From Heptranchias perlo (taxonomy: Eukaryota), in contig NC_090346.1 of the NCBI RefSeq assembly GCF_035084215.1, positions 14,198,001 through 14,262,000 of the forward strand: DNA of 64,000 nucleotides. The letters run 5' to 3'. The notes below the pieces were generated by a model. It was given only the letters and a program-made list of their open reading frames with translations. It did no database searches and was not told the DNA's origin. Positions 25,718-38,957 of the stretch are shown piece after piece (the first letter of the stretch is position 1; the number at the start of each line of letters is the position of its first letter). The position numbers and the translations under genes were made by a program.

Positions 25718-26396
25718 AAAGTTTCAGCCCCTCCGTGTTCACATTTTACAAGCTTCAGCCGTACATTTGAAAGCAAGACTTGCATTATGACCGCAGGGCA
25801 TCCCAAAGCACTTCACAGCCAATGAAATACTTTTGAAGTGTAGTCACTACTGTAATGTAGGAAATTTGGTTACATTCCAATGTACAGAACACTTGGATAA
25901 ACAAATAAAAAGAATCCTGGACAGAGAACTACTTGCATATGAAGAGGTAACTGGAGATTTTAACCCTTAAACCCCTCCTTCACAGACATGGTTTGAGGTA
26001 AGATTCAAACACTCTTCAGAAAATACTAAAAAGTATGATGGTAAATGATAGTGCCAGTAGCAATAATTACCAGGTTTAAAAATAAAGACAGCCCACGTGT
26101 TCCCTGCCTCCCTTGAATTCAGCGACAAGGACACTAGCCTCCTAACCCATGGCAAACTTAGGGCATTGGTCAACTTTTCCCTTCCAAATCGGGGGAGATT
26201 TGGAGGTCACAAGTTTGACCCGATTCAGAACCAGTTCAAAGAAAAAATAATTAATTAATTACAGTAGTGACTACACTTCAAAAGTATTTAATTGGCTGTG
26301 AAGTGCTTTGGGATGCCCTGCGGTCATAATGCAAGTCTTGCTTTCAAATGTACGGCTGAAGCTTGTAAAATGTGAACACGGAGGGGCTAAAACTTT
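25718..26396. repeat. 139-bp inverted repeat with ~400 bp spacer
   Basis: 25718-25856 is the reverse complement of 26258-26396 with 2 mismatches. Confidence 0.92.
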
Positions 26397-28686
26397 TCCA
26401 ATCCCAAGGGCTCCTTCACCGACACCACTCGTCCCAACCCCCAAGGTCTGCTCACTTCTCAATGATTGGCATCACCGTTTCTCCCTCCCCTCGCTGCCAA
26501 AACACACCAAAAGGCGGAGAGTTTGAACAACCAGCCACAAACCGGAGCATAAAACACGTGAAATAGAGGCGATCGCTTACAGCATGGCAGAAGGCAAATT
26601 AATTTATTTATTTTTCTGCAAAGGGTTGAAAGGAAATTGTCCCTCGTGATTCAGGTCACCTCAGCCAGTTAGTTAGTAGCTTGTACACAGTTTGAAATGC
26701 AATAACTAGCCCCCGGTCAGTTATTGCATTTCAAACCCAGAAAATGATGGAAATACACAACAATCTGTGGAGACTGGTTAACATTCCGGATGGATCCTTT
26801 CTGGATTTGGTTGAAAGGTCTATACTTGAAACATTAACCCATCTTTTCTCTTTTAAAATGCTAAGGAACCCACTGTGTGTGTTTCCAGCACTTTGTTCTT
26901 ATTATGTTTATACACCAGGATATCCCCGTTTTAAAAATCCTTCACATTATTTCAGGTTTTTTTTTAATAATCAAATGGCTTTCGACCAATTCCTACCGAA
27001 AATTCCTGAAATGTATCAAAAAAAGAACGGGTTGAAGTTCCATGTATATATTGGAATTTCCCCATCATGCTTTCAAGGGCCAGTACATCAGCCTCTGTCC
27101 AAGACCCTCGGGGGTGGGGGGGGTGCTAAAGGTATTTCAGATATGTGACTGTTCAAAAGCTGAGCATCCTGCCTTCAGCACTGTCGTGGAAATCTATATG
27201 CAGAGTTTCAAAAAAAAAAGCTGCAACTCCAATTTGGCAAGGAACGCTGTACAATTACTTAGAGTCCGCAGCCAACAATTTAACCCTAACCCGACTCAGC
27301 AGAACCTCCTTGCAGTTAGAGGGAGGGACAAGAAATTAAGCTAAATGTTGCACTACAACACCACATGCTAACTAACACTCCAAGACTCTGCTCAAAAACA
27401 TGATTAGAGACTTGCTTTTTTTTGTTGAACCTTTATAAAATTCATTAGACATGTGGTTCGATAGCTGATGTAACGGAGTGTTTCAATCAGAAGATTATTA
27501 AATGCATCCGCATGGAAACCAGTACTAGGGTACATCCAGTTCTGCTACCAGTACACCTTTAAATCCACGTTGGCTCTGGGTGCAACGAACTCCCCAGGCT
27601 GCACAGACTGCAGTTGGGAGCAAGACCTCCTATTGCAGAGAGTCAATTTTAAAACCAGGCTCCCGTCGGCTTCAAGTAAACCCAGAGTCAACACCCTTGC
27701 TTCCCATCTCTAATCAGATTCCTCAGCTTTATTTACTGGTTTGAGGAGGATTGAAAAGGGATGGAACAAACTTTTTTTAAAAAGCAAGCAATGAGACCGG
27801 CTCTGTCTTATCACAGCCCCAAAGAGACTCGAACATTTGCTGTGAACAGACCGTCCCATCAGGTCTACGGAATCAAGTGTCACCTGGTCCCCCAAGGTTA
27901 GAACCACGCCCAGAGAGGTGGCCGCAATCAACCCGCATCCACACCACAGCTGCTCGAGCAGAACAAACTAGACAGAATAATGTAATCGCTCCCATTATCC
28001 ACAACTGCAACCTCATCAAGCAGTTGGATATCATAAACCACAAATCCTTAGCACTCCACAACTATTCTCCAAAGCGGAATTTACAGTCTTGTAATCACTG
28101 CGGAGTAATTTAAAAAAAAATATCACTTTTTAATAACAAAGCTGACATCCGCACCCAAGGGAGAAACAACCGTGTTATAATCGTTGCAAGATTATTGAGT
28201 GATAACCTGCAGCCAATGACCAGGACGCAAGTTAGAATACACCAGCTCAGTGTAATTTGGATTCCATCCCCACTTTGACAGGAGGAGGTATCCCCACAGC
28301 TGTTTCTCCCCTGATTCAAGAGCACCGATCTAAACTTTCACTTAAATCAAACTAAGACAACTGGCTGATTGTTTCAATGCAGTTATGCTCCCAATTGCAT
28401 CAAACTTTGATCATAAATCCACACTGCAACAGATTAACAGAGAGGGAAATGGCCATCTGGACAGCCCAACATCCCTGCACATAAGAGGCAGGCGATTCAT
28501 CACAAACGGGCGGGCTTTCCAATCGCTAACCTTTGCATAGCCGAGTCTTTGGTAACCAATTTTAAACCAAACGGAGGATAACTCCCTTTTGTAGGGAACA
28601 ATTCTGGAATGTTTTATGGAGGAGAGAAAAAATAAAAACCACTGATCTTCATCCTTGTCCATCGGAAACACGGGGAACGTCACAAG

Positions 28687-28812
28687 TCACTGCGGGAAAA
28701 AGGAGGTCGGACTCTGCCAATTCCCCGGCTGAGGGGACAGAGGGGGTGAGGGCATTCCGTTGGGCAGGAGGCCCCCCAGCTTCGGTTTTAAGTCATTCCA
28801 CACTTCACTCAT
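28687..28812 (-). CDS. SNX8: SNX8 sorting nexin-8 exon 13 (stop)
   Basis: MSEVWNDLKPKLGGLLPNGMPSPPLSPQ..FFPQ*. Confidence 0.92.
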   Translation of the reverse strand: MSEVWNDLKPKLGGLLPNGMPSPPLSPQPGNWQSPTSFFPQ

Positions 28813-29241
28813 CTGGAGCGGGGGGAAAAAAAAAACACACACACATACAAGTCACAAGCCAGTAACAACCAATTCAACCAACAGTTCACAACAGTATCGA
28901 AGAGAATTCTAATCTACTGCAATGCCCCATGTCACTAAACATTACGGTGAAATAGGAAGATAGGAACCTCCAGGGCAACCAGCCATTTAGGTCTATTTTA
29001 TATTTTAGAGGGAACTGACAAGCATGTCATAACAGTGTAGAAAGGATCGGACTGGGCTGCGATGCCCCTGCAATTGAATAGCCAAACACTCTTGTGCTGG
29101 CGCCTAAATGGTCACGCAGGCCAGGGCAGCTGGTGCCCGCGGAACTGCATTCCTTTCAAGAGGTCACGAGCCCTCAGGAGCAGGAGGGAGGGATTAGAAC
29201 AAAATACAAAAAGTGACCCCTTGCAGCTGGACTAGCCGTAC

Positions 29242-29391
29242 CTCTCTGTGCCCCTGGATCTGGGAATCGATGAAGGCAGTCAGCACGTGGGAGGTGATAT
29301 GCAGGTAGATGTGGATGAGCTGAGTCTCCTGGTGCAGGCAAAACAGCGAGAAATAGTTGCGCAACTCCATGGTCAGGACTGTGTTCTCTTG
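29242..29391 (-). CDS. SNX8: SNX8 exon 12
   Basis: QENTVLTMELRNYFSLFCLHQETQLIHIYL..SQIQGHRE; 150 nt. Confidence 0.96.
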
Positions 29392-29839
29392 CTGAAACAC
29401 GAGATCGCAGTTAGGGACGACATCAACTGGAAAGGAACGCTGCGAGACTACAACAATAATCCGCCCTTGAAATAACTTTCCACCTCTTCCCCACACAATA
29501 AGATTTACCATCAGTTTCTGATGGGAGGGGGACACCATCTTATGGCATTTCCATCACTGGGCTGTTTTTAAAAAAGTATTTATGGCCTTAGCAACGACCA
29601 CAGCTCCACAGAAAGGAAAGGCCAGCCAGGGGAGAGAACAGGAGAAACTTCACGCATTGTGGCATATCCTTCACCGTCCCCCAGTACTCAGGGCTTAGTT
29701 CTTCCGACAATTCCGAGATAATCCAACCAGTTCCTTTAAATGTCTCAATTTAACTCATTCTTTCCCAGGACTTCAAAACTGTAACTATCACCCCGCCAAA
29801 TCTTTCCTTCAATCGACCTACAATGGCTCCGGGTCCGGC

Positions 29840-30220
29840 AATGGCTCGATTTTAAAAGTCTCATCCTTGTTTTCAAATCCCTCCACGGCCTCGCCCCTAT
29901 CTCTGTAACCTCCCCCAACCCTACAATCCTCCAAGATCTCTGTGCTCCTCCAAATCTGGCCTCTTGCGCATCCCCGATTTTCATCACCACTGGCAGCCAT
30001 GCCTTTAGCCGCCTAGGCCCGAAGCTCTGGAATTCCCCCCCTAACCTCTCTGTACTCCTTTAAGATACTCCTTAAAACCTACCTCCTTGACCAAGCTTTT
30101 GGACATAAGGATAATACCCCATGTGGCTCGGTGTCGAATTTTGTTTGATAATCGCTCCTGTGAAGCGCCTTGGGACGTTTTCCTATGTTAAAGGCGCTAT
30201 ATAAATGCAAGTTGTGGTTG
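29840..30220 (+). mobile_element. L2 3' end
   Basis: Same family as 14430-14770. Confidence 0.78.
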
Positions 30221-30708
30221 TTTTAAAACCCCAGTTCAGCATCATCAACGACCAATACAAATTTACTTCCTAGGAGGACCCCTGAACTTTGGGGCCTCAG
30301 CCGACCTTGGGTTTCTCAATTTAAAAAAAAACAAAATCAGCTAATTTTGAACGCTCTCAAGGTCAAGGGCAGGCTCGGACTCTGAAAATTCTACTCTACA
30401 TTCAAATTACTTCCTATTACACACCCTCCATGCTCACAATACCCAGCCCTCTCAGTGCAATCATTAAATCTTCAACTCATCCACGCCCTTCAAGATTACC
30501 ACAAAGATCCCTTTTCTTTTAATCAGTTTCTCTACGACTAACCAACAACTCTCACCTCTTCATTTTGTCGGGTCCACCCTTAGTCCAACAGCCGGCCAAT
30601 ACTCACCGGCTAGGTTCACAATTTTGACAAGGTATTGGAGGGCGACACCCAACTCCTCTCAACAAGACTTGCCTCAGACAGCAAATGTGAAACAGACGCG
30701 CGCAGCAC

Positions 30709-30858
30709 CTGTACAATTCGTGACTCGAGTTGCTCCACAGAAAGCTGCTCCTTGCTCTGCACGGTCACACTCATCATCTGCCGTTTCATGGAGCTGTATT
30801 TCTGCAACGCTCGCTGGTGCTCGTGGAGGACCCCTTTCTCATGACGCTCGCACAAGTC
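30709..30858 (-). CDS. SNX8: SNX8 exon 11
   Basis: DLCERHEKGVLHEHQRALQKY..EQLESRIVQ; 150 nt. Confidence 0.96.
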
Positions 30859-31297
30859 CTGAAAACAAGAGACGGACACAGGGACGTGGGTTACTGGCAA
30901 ACACAGGAGGTTCAACTCAAACTTAGAAGGGGGCGATTAAAGCGCTATCATCAGTATCGTATTCCCACAACTGACCGAAAAAAATAAACAATTCTCATTT
31001 TGTCTGCACTGTCTCATCCTGCTGATACATCAGAACCTTCCTACTGCTAGCTGGTCAGACGGTCACCAATGCTAGGCCCAGCGGGGGCAACTGCCACACG
31101 GAATAAGGTTTAGTACGATGGCGAAAAAAAAATTAAAACTACAAATCCTGGAAACATACAATTGGTCAGTCCGGGTGTAACCAGTGGTCAGAATTCGACG
31201 GCTTAGATCTGAAACATTAACAGCCTCCTGTTTACAGATGCTGGCTGACCCGTTAGGAATACAAGCCTCAAATACAACTCACATTGGTATCACTTAC

Positions 31298-31366
31298 CTT
31301 GTAGGATTGCAATAAATCAAGGAAGAGGTTGAGTTTTTCCACTACTTCCTCTTCCTCTCGCTTACC
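31298..31366 (-). CDS. SNX8: SNX8 exon 10
   Basis: GKREEEEVVEKLNLFLDLLQSYK; 69 nt; GTAAGT donor. Confidence 0.95.
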
Positions 31367-31690
31367 CTGTTCAAGGAATGGAAGCAAATTAAAGAACTGT
31401 GCAACATATTTCTGCAATCCAAGTTAATTTGTCTGTTCATCGGTGTCCCTGATCCACTCTTCACCCATGGCTGATTTGCCACCATGGTCCTGGCCATGTC
31501 ACTCTTAATATGGCCACTAGCAGGGTTACAAGAGTTGCCCTCAATTTTATATATAAAAAGTCACACCAGCAGCTGGGTCTAGTACAGGGGCACTCTATTT
31601 AGTCAAAGGACCTCCAGTCAGGCTGTAACTGACCCTTGGGTACAAGTTCCCAAATACAAAATTGCACTCTGTAATATTAATACTACCGGT

Positions 31691-32143
31691 GTCAGCTGCG
31701 ACTCAGTGGGCAGCACTCTCGCCTCTGGGTCAGAAGGTCTTGGGTTAAAGTCCCACTCCAGAGACTTGAGCACATAATCTAGGCTGACACTCCCAGTGCA
31801 GTACTGAGGGAGCGGTGCACTGTCGGAGGTGCCGTCTTTCGGATGAGACATTATACCAGAGGTCCCGTCTGCCCCCTCAGGTGGACGTAAAAGATCCCGT
31901 AGCCCTATTTCAAAGAAGAGCAGAGGAGCTCTTCCCGGTGTCCTGGCCAATATTTAACCCTCAACCAACATCACAAATAGATCAGATCACTGTTTGTGGG
32001 ATCTTGCTGTGCAACAACTGATTGCTGCATTTTCCACATTACAAAAGTGACTACACTTTAAAAGTACTTCATTGGTTGTAAAGCAATTTGGGACATCCTG
32101 AGGTTGTGAAAGGCGCTATAGAAATGCAAGTTTGTTCTTTCTT
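31691..32143 (+). mobile_element. Near full-length tRNA-headed Deu-domain SINE
   Basis: Head ctcagtgggcagcactctcgcctct..ggttaaagtccc, Deu core ggaggtgccgtctttcggatgagac..aagatccc, L2-like tail. Confidence 0.8.
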
Positions 32144-32189
32144 GTTGTCCAGTGGCGTTCAGAAGTATTTAATTATTTCCTGGACCTAC

Positions 32190-32322
32190 CTGCTGTGCAG
32201 CTTTATCGGCAAGTACTGCAAACTCCACGGATAAACCTTTAAGGGCTTGTTTAAGGGAGCCCCATGTGTTGCTCGCTGCCGACACCCATGTCGGAATCGG
32301 TGTCGTGTCGGAGCCCAGGGTA
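32190..32322 (-). CDS. SNX8: SNX8 exon 9
   Basis: STLGSDTTPIPTW..TWGSLKQALKGLSVEFAVLADKAAQQ. Confidence 0.95.
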
Positions 32323-34109
32323 CTGAGACACAGGAAAGGGTGAAACAAAACTTAAAGTTACAGGAGTTCGGAGAAACGCATTACAAAAACACCATCCCGA
32401 CTTGGAAATATATCGGCTATTTCTTCATCGTCGCTGGGACAAAATTCCTGGAACTCCCCATGTAACATCACTGTGGGAGCACCTCACCGCACGGACTGCA
32501 GCGGTTCAAGAAGGCAGCTCACAACCACCTTCTTAAGAGCAACTAGGGATGGGCAATAAATGCCGGCCTTGCCAGCGACGCCCACATCCCGAGAATGAAT
32601 ATTGTTTTTAAAACTGTAGGAGTCACGTATATGACTTTCAAAATAGACATCAACTCGTGGTAAACTGTGTATTGAACAGTGACTACACTTCGAAACTACT
32701 TCACTGGATGTAAAGCGCTTTGGGACATCCTGAAAGGCTCTATATAAATGCAAATCCTTTCTTTTTATTTTAATAGTGGCAAAAGCAGGTTAAACTTTTA
32801 AGACAATTGGACCGTGTCTGCCATTTTAAAACCAGTGCATGCAATCCCATTTTTCTCTGCTTCAAATCAGCCCCCTTCAGCCTACAGAAGATTCACGTTC
32901 CATCAGCACAAACATTTCCTTCCTGTGCTGTGCCAGACCCATTTCTCTGCTCACTTCAGCATGGCCCCCGAGCTTCTCCTGGGGAAAGGGGAGGGGGGTG
33001 GGGTGGGCTGCTATTTTGAGTCTTGTTCAGCCGCTGACCCTGCAACTTACAGCTCTCCACAAACCCACTGCCTTCACCTCCTCCAGCGAAGACAAGCAAT
33101 TGCAGCTGTTTCCAATCACACAGCTTGGCGAGAAACTTCCTTTCTATTCTCCCCCCCCCCCCCCCCCCCCCACCTCCCCTCTCTGGGCCGCTCTTTCTTG
33201 GCCCGTTGTGTTGCCACAATCAATCACTGCTCAGGCCTCTGAAATCTGATAGATGAACTACTGCTCACTCCTTCACTGAATGCAGCTCTTGTGGGTTTGA
33301 CCAGGACTTCCTGTTTTCCTCCTTAAGTAATAAGGCAATGGCAATCACAGCTTGCACTGTACCCCTCTTAAAACCTGGCTGGGCCAATAGCTGCCAAAGT
33401 AATATGATAACTAAGAACAAACTTCTATTATACAAGTCCATGCCTTCAACAAGTTTTCAACACTTCGCTTTCTGCCAAACATGCAAGACCCCCACCCCGC
33501 CCCCGATATATCCCAAGCAAGTTGACCCCATTTTCTTCTGTAGGTTTTCCTCCTTCATTGTCTGACCTGACTTTTCAACTGAGGAGGCAGGGCTGCTCCA
33601 TGTGATCCCCAGAACCAGCCACCCAGGCTCAACTCTCCTCTCACTCTGAGGGGAGATGCATCACATCTCTCTGCTCCACATGGATGGGAACGGAGTGCAG
33701 CAGGTTTCGAACTTGTGCCCACCAGCACTCAGTGGCGAGAGTTAGTGCAACGCTACCCGCCACTGATTAACCCTTCAACAGAAAAGAGAGAGAGGAGAGC
33801 AGTGACGAGAGAGGGAGAGGGGAAAATGTGTATTTGAGTCCACAATGAGCTCCCAGATGTCTGCCCAATGAATAGAAGGGAAAGGGATTTTTTAAAAAAG
33901 CATCGCTCCCCTCCCCAGAGACATTTAAAGCTGCAGGGTCTCAGCAGCGGATTGCCTGCCCACCTTCCTGCGTGACGCAGGACTGGAGAGGGCAACAAGG
34001 GCAGGTTTAAAACAAAAATCGCTGAACCACCCACAGAGCCACGTCACGGCAACAGGCAGAAAGAACGCGACGTAACCATGGGCCCGTCGCAGAAAGTCTC
34101 AACACTTGC

Positions 34110-34270
34110 CTCAACTCCTTTCCAAACAACAGGAGGTCGGTGGCATTCTCGGCAGACCTGTAGGCCATTCTCTCCGCCCGGTCCCTCAGCTTATGGAAGC
34201 TGTTATAAATGTTTCGGATCAGCTCACGGCTGGCACCAAATTGAGCCTGGATATCGGGAGGAAGAAGTTC
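34110..34270 (-). CDS. SNX8: SNX8 exon 8 (GC donor)
   Basis: ELLPPDIQAQFGASRELIRNIYNSFHKLRDRAER..LLLFGKEL; donor AG|GCAAGT. Confidence 0.94.
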
Positions 34271-36084
34271 CTGCATTTTGTTTGGGAGGAGAGAGAGGGG
34301 AAAAAGAGAGGTTTACGTAGACAATTGAACTCACGGAATTAACGTACCAATAAAACTTGTTTTTCCTTCAATTAAATAATTTAAAGCTGGGCACTCCCTT
34401 CAATGAAAGATGCAATTACAGAACATTAGACGGACTTTATAATGTAGGATAATAAACACCAGGCTTGGACAAAAGTCCTTCCAGTCTACTTCAACTCACA
34501 TTGCCACAATATCAGCACTACCTATTCACCTCCCTATCTCTGTAACCTCCTCCAGCCCTACAACCCTCCTCCAATTCTGGCCTCTTGTGCATCCCCAGTT
34601 TCCTTCACTCCACATTGGCGGCAGTGCATTCAGCTGTCTCGGCCCTAAGCTCTGGATTTCCCTCCCTAAACATCTCCGCCTCTCTACCTCTTTCTCCTCC
34701 TTTAAGTTGCTCCTTAAAACCTACTTCTTTGACCAACTTTTGGTCTCCAGTCCTAATATTTCTTTATGTGGCTCAATGTCAAATTTTGTCTGATAACACT
34801 CCTGTCAAGTGCCTTAGGACTTTTTACTACATTAAAAGGCGCTATATAAATGCTTGTTGTTGTTGTGTCAGAAGGTTGTGGGTTCAAATCTCACTTGAGA
34901 CTTGAGTACATAATCTAGGCTGACACTCCAGTGTAGTACTACGGGAGTGCTGCAGTGTCAGAGGTGCTGTCTTTTGGATGAGATGTTAAACCAAGGTCCT
35001 GTCTGCCCTATCAGGTGGATGTAAAAGATCCCACAGCACTACTTCGAAGAAGAGCAGGGGAATTCTCCCAAATGTACTGGCCAATATTTATCCCTCAACC
35101 AACACCTAAAACAGATGATCTGGAAATCACAGAATAACAGAAATCTGGAACTCTCTTCCCCCAGTGGATGCTAGGACAATTGGAGCTTTCAAGGCTGAGC
35201 TAGATAGATTTTTGTTGGGTAAGGGTAAGGAGGGATATAGAGCAAAGGCGGGTAAATGGAGTGGAGGTCCAGATCAGCCATGGTCTAATTGAATAGCGGA
35301 GCAGGCTCGAGGGACTGAATGCCCTCCTCTTGTTCCTAATGTTCCAACTGACCAGCCTTATAATTCAAAATCAGAATGTAGATCCTTTCATGTTGTGCAT
35401 TAAGCTTCTTGTATGACACCCTTGATTCAATGACCACAAATTGCTCCCCTACTAGTGAGGGACCTGTAACCTGGCTGCATATAGCGACACCACTATTCCC
35501 GACCGGAATGAAGATGATTGGGTAATTCCCCCATCAATCACGCCTGGAGTCCGCACTGCCGTAAGTGACTGGGATTGATTTTACACACGTAATTAATATT
35601 ATGTAACTATCCTCCACTCTTCATTTTGCTGGAGAAATAACTCTGCTTTTATCGGGAGACTTTGCTGCAGTTTCGGTCACGAGTTCTGCTTGCTGTTGTT
35701 CATAGAGATTCTTTTTAAATAGACTCTATTTGCTGAGTAAATCGACTGTTTGCTGTAAGTCCTGCATTAACTCCCGCCCTGCCTCCAACTCAATTAGCTG
35801 AGTGTGCAGCACATTGGCTGATACAGTGGTGTGATCAGACACTTGTAACCAACAGTACTCTGTCTTAATGTTGTAGAGCTCCAGGATGCTCTCTGCAGAC
35901 AACCCAAGTTTGGAAGGACGTGATCTATAATTATACTTTTGGATACTTTGCAAGTAGATGTAATATGAAGATATCACCATTACTCTTCACTGAAACCCTT
36001 GTGACAACATTGCTAGTACTCCACATGTCGCTGGGTTAGCCAGGGAAACATTTACACCTACAACAGCAGAGCTCCAATCGTTAC

Positions 36085-36165
36085 CTTGGCTGTTGTTGCT
36101 ATTCCACACGTCATAAATTCATCACCCACTCCTCGGAACGATTCCCGAATCTTATTCTGAACTTC
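36085..36165 (-). CDS. SNX8: SNX8 exon 7
   Basis: EVQNKIRESFRGVGDEFMTCGIATTAK; 81 nt. Confidence 0.93.
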
Positions 36166-37065
36166 CTTGTAAAAGAAAACCATAAAAATGGGAAAATCTT
36201 TAAAAGCCCATTGCAAGGAGAGGGTTAATTAGCATTTTTTTTTAAAAATTCGCTCTTGGGATGTCTCTGGCAAGGGCAGCATTTGTTGCCCATACAGAGT
36301 TGACTGAAGGTGATAGTGGGCCGCCTTCTTGAACCGCTGCAGTCCATGTGGTGTGTAGCAGTTTCGTACAACTGAGCGGTTTGCTAGGACACTGCAGAGG
36401 GCAGTTAAAGATCAATCACATTGGTGTGGGACTGGAGTCACATACAGGCCAGACTGGGTAAGGACGGCAGATTTCATTCCCTAAAGGACATTAGAAATGC
36501 CAAGATAGGAAACTGTTTATTAAAATGAAAACAACACTCGGAAATATCTAGTCATCAACTCAAATTAATGAATGAAGCGTCATGTAGTAACACACTCAGA
36601 GGTTATTCTTAATGTTGGTCACACGAACCTGGGCGAAATGACCATTTGATTAATGTTAATCTCAGCGTGCCCACTGTGGGGAAGAGCATGGCGCGGGGGG
36701 GGGGGGGGGGGGGATATTCTAATTTTAGGCAATTCTGTTTTGTAGTCATCCCGAACTTTTCACTACAATTACTGAGCGGAGGTGTCAAGATGTTACGAAA
36801 CACTTGTGCTTTTCTTCAAAGGAGCATCAATAGCAGCTCCAGCAGATTTGCCCCCCTCTCAGGTCCTCCCCGGGCCACACGCACCTCTGGCCTGGTGAGG
36901 ACTCCCGAGCTGGATTTTCCTTGCTGCGCCCCCCCACCCAACCATCCCCAGCAGGGAACCGACTAGCCTGAGCAACAAAAAGCTCAGCCGAGATCAGCGA
37001 CTCAGCAGTGAAGGGATGGGTGGCAGAAGAAATCAATCCTACACTCCATCACCACTCTGTACTGT

Positions 37066-37220
37066 GCACTGCTCCCTCGACAGTCTACCCAGGAACCGTT
37101 GCGCACTGCTCCCTCGACAGTCTACCCAGGAACCGTTGCGCACTGCTCCCTCGACAGTCTACCCAGGAACTGTTGCACACTGTTCCTTCAATGGTCTAGA
37201 CAGACACTTCCAGGAACCGT
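37066..37220. repeat. 37-bp tandem repeat, 3 copies plus a degenerate fourth
   Basis: gcactgctccctcgacagtctacccaggaaccgttgc at 37066, 37103, 37140. Confidence 0.9.
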
Positions 37221-37279
37221 TCTCGCTCGAGAAATGGTGAATAGCCAATGATGGCGCCGTTGTTCTGCTCAATACTCAC

Positions 37280-37401
37280 CGGGCCGCTGAAGCACAGGAA
37301 GACCTGCAGAAGTTCATCTTCAGAGAAGAATGGGTGACGAGCCACCAGGTTAACGAAACGCTTCAGAGCTCGTCGCCGAGACTCAATAAATTCACGGTCA
37401 G
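37280..37401 (-). CDS. SNX8: SNX8 exon 6 (PX domain)
   Basis: ADREFIESRRRALKRFVNLVARHPFFSEDELLQVFLCFSGP. Confidence 0.96.
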
Positions 37402-38839
37402 CTGGGAAGAGGAAAATTCAAAACAGTTCAACGTCCTCGCAAGGCACAGTAAACACAAAGCAACGGCAGCCACGTTATTAAAAACTCCAGCAATTAAGAT
37501 TTTTTTTATTTTAAAACCCTCTTACAAAGCAGCAGGTTCGGAGAGGAGGGCACGGTGGATACGAATGAACACAAAGACTCATTGGCCTCATACTCTGAGC
37601 TTAGCCACAGTTCTGCGTCCACGACTCCCCATCTCTATGGCCTCTACTGTAGGCCAGAAGAGAAGCAAAGCTTTCATACTTGGGGGTGGGAGATTAAAAA
37701 AAAACAAGGGAGAGGGAGCAGGACTTGAATCCAAGGACGTTGATGCAATGCTCCACGGCAAGCAGTGTTTCCAGGAACCAGTTGTTCAATGCCAGCAAGA
37801 ATTTGTACAGGGTATCCGCATAGAGATTGCTCAACAATTATGCTTTTGCCACCAGGCTTAAGATGCAAATTTAATTAAATACTACATTGCATTCAAAGCC
37901 AAAAAAAGAGACAGTGAATAAATTATTCAGCTACAACTCTCTCAAGCAGAAGGCTGTAACTAAGTGGAATTGTCCAACCAAGGAGGCAGTGGAAGCAAAG
38001 GATGTTACATACGAACATTAAACAGGCAGGAAAAGACCAGCTGCTCCATCAAGCCTGTCCCACATTCATGATGCCTTGAGTATCATGACTAGACACTTCC
38101 TCTCTCCCTTGTGGGAAAAGAGGGGAAATCTGGAATACTCCTCTCCTGACAAATGTTACAAGGGTGATTGATATATTTTTCCACACACAGGATTATTGAA
38201 GACTAAGTGGAAAATGTGTGATCTTTGGGGCCAGTAGGATGGATGGAGATGGTCATTCCCAGGTCCTGTACAATCTTGTGCTCCTAAGTGGGTCATATTG
38301 GGGTGGAGGGGAGTGAAGAGAGAGGGGACAAGATAGTGTAGGTACGTCTAGTGACACTTCATTGTAACCATGGTCTCCTAGAGTTTGCTTGAATTGCTTG
38401 GGGAACTCGGGAACAAGTTCCCAAAGTTTTTCCAGAAACGGGCTATAGGGTTTTGCCTCCCTCGGGAGACATCGTCCCCAGCAACCGGTGAGGACAATAA
38501 TAACCCAACACTTTGCCTGGAATGTGTAATGCGATCCAGTCAGGCTGAAGTCCCACAGCACATCACTGAAGTTTTCTACGTAGCTACATTGCTTCCCGCA
38601 CGCCTGCATTGTGCTCTCAGGCTGCGCTTCGCTCTTTTGGACGGCCCGCCTCGTGCACCTCCTCGAAAACAGGAAGTTCTCATTCCCTGTCGCTATTCAC
38701 TCTGTTTTTTTGTTTGTGTGGTGTTGCTCCGATCTACAGGCTGAACATTAACGAGTCTCCTTCAAAAACTAGGAAGGCTCCTAGTTTCCAAAGACGCACG
38801 GCCCAATTACATTACCACTTCGCCATGTCGAACTTTTAC

Positions 38840-38957
38840 CTCTTAGCATTCTCTTTGGCGGCAAAGCCGGCACCATCCGATACGGGAACCGCTGGAGCAA
38901 TACCTCGTGAAATACCACAAAATCGTTGTACCTTCGGTAAACCGAGGACTTGAAACG
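38840..38957 (-). CDS. SNX8: SNX8 exon 5 (PX domain)
   Basis: RFKSSVYRRYNDFVVFHEVLLQRFPYRMVPALPPKRML. Confidence 0.96.

Noticed and set aside
31691-31765. tRNA gene
   Set aside because: tRNA-derived head of a SINE, continuing into the Deu core and L2-like tail.
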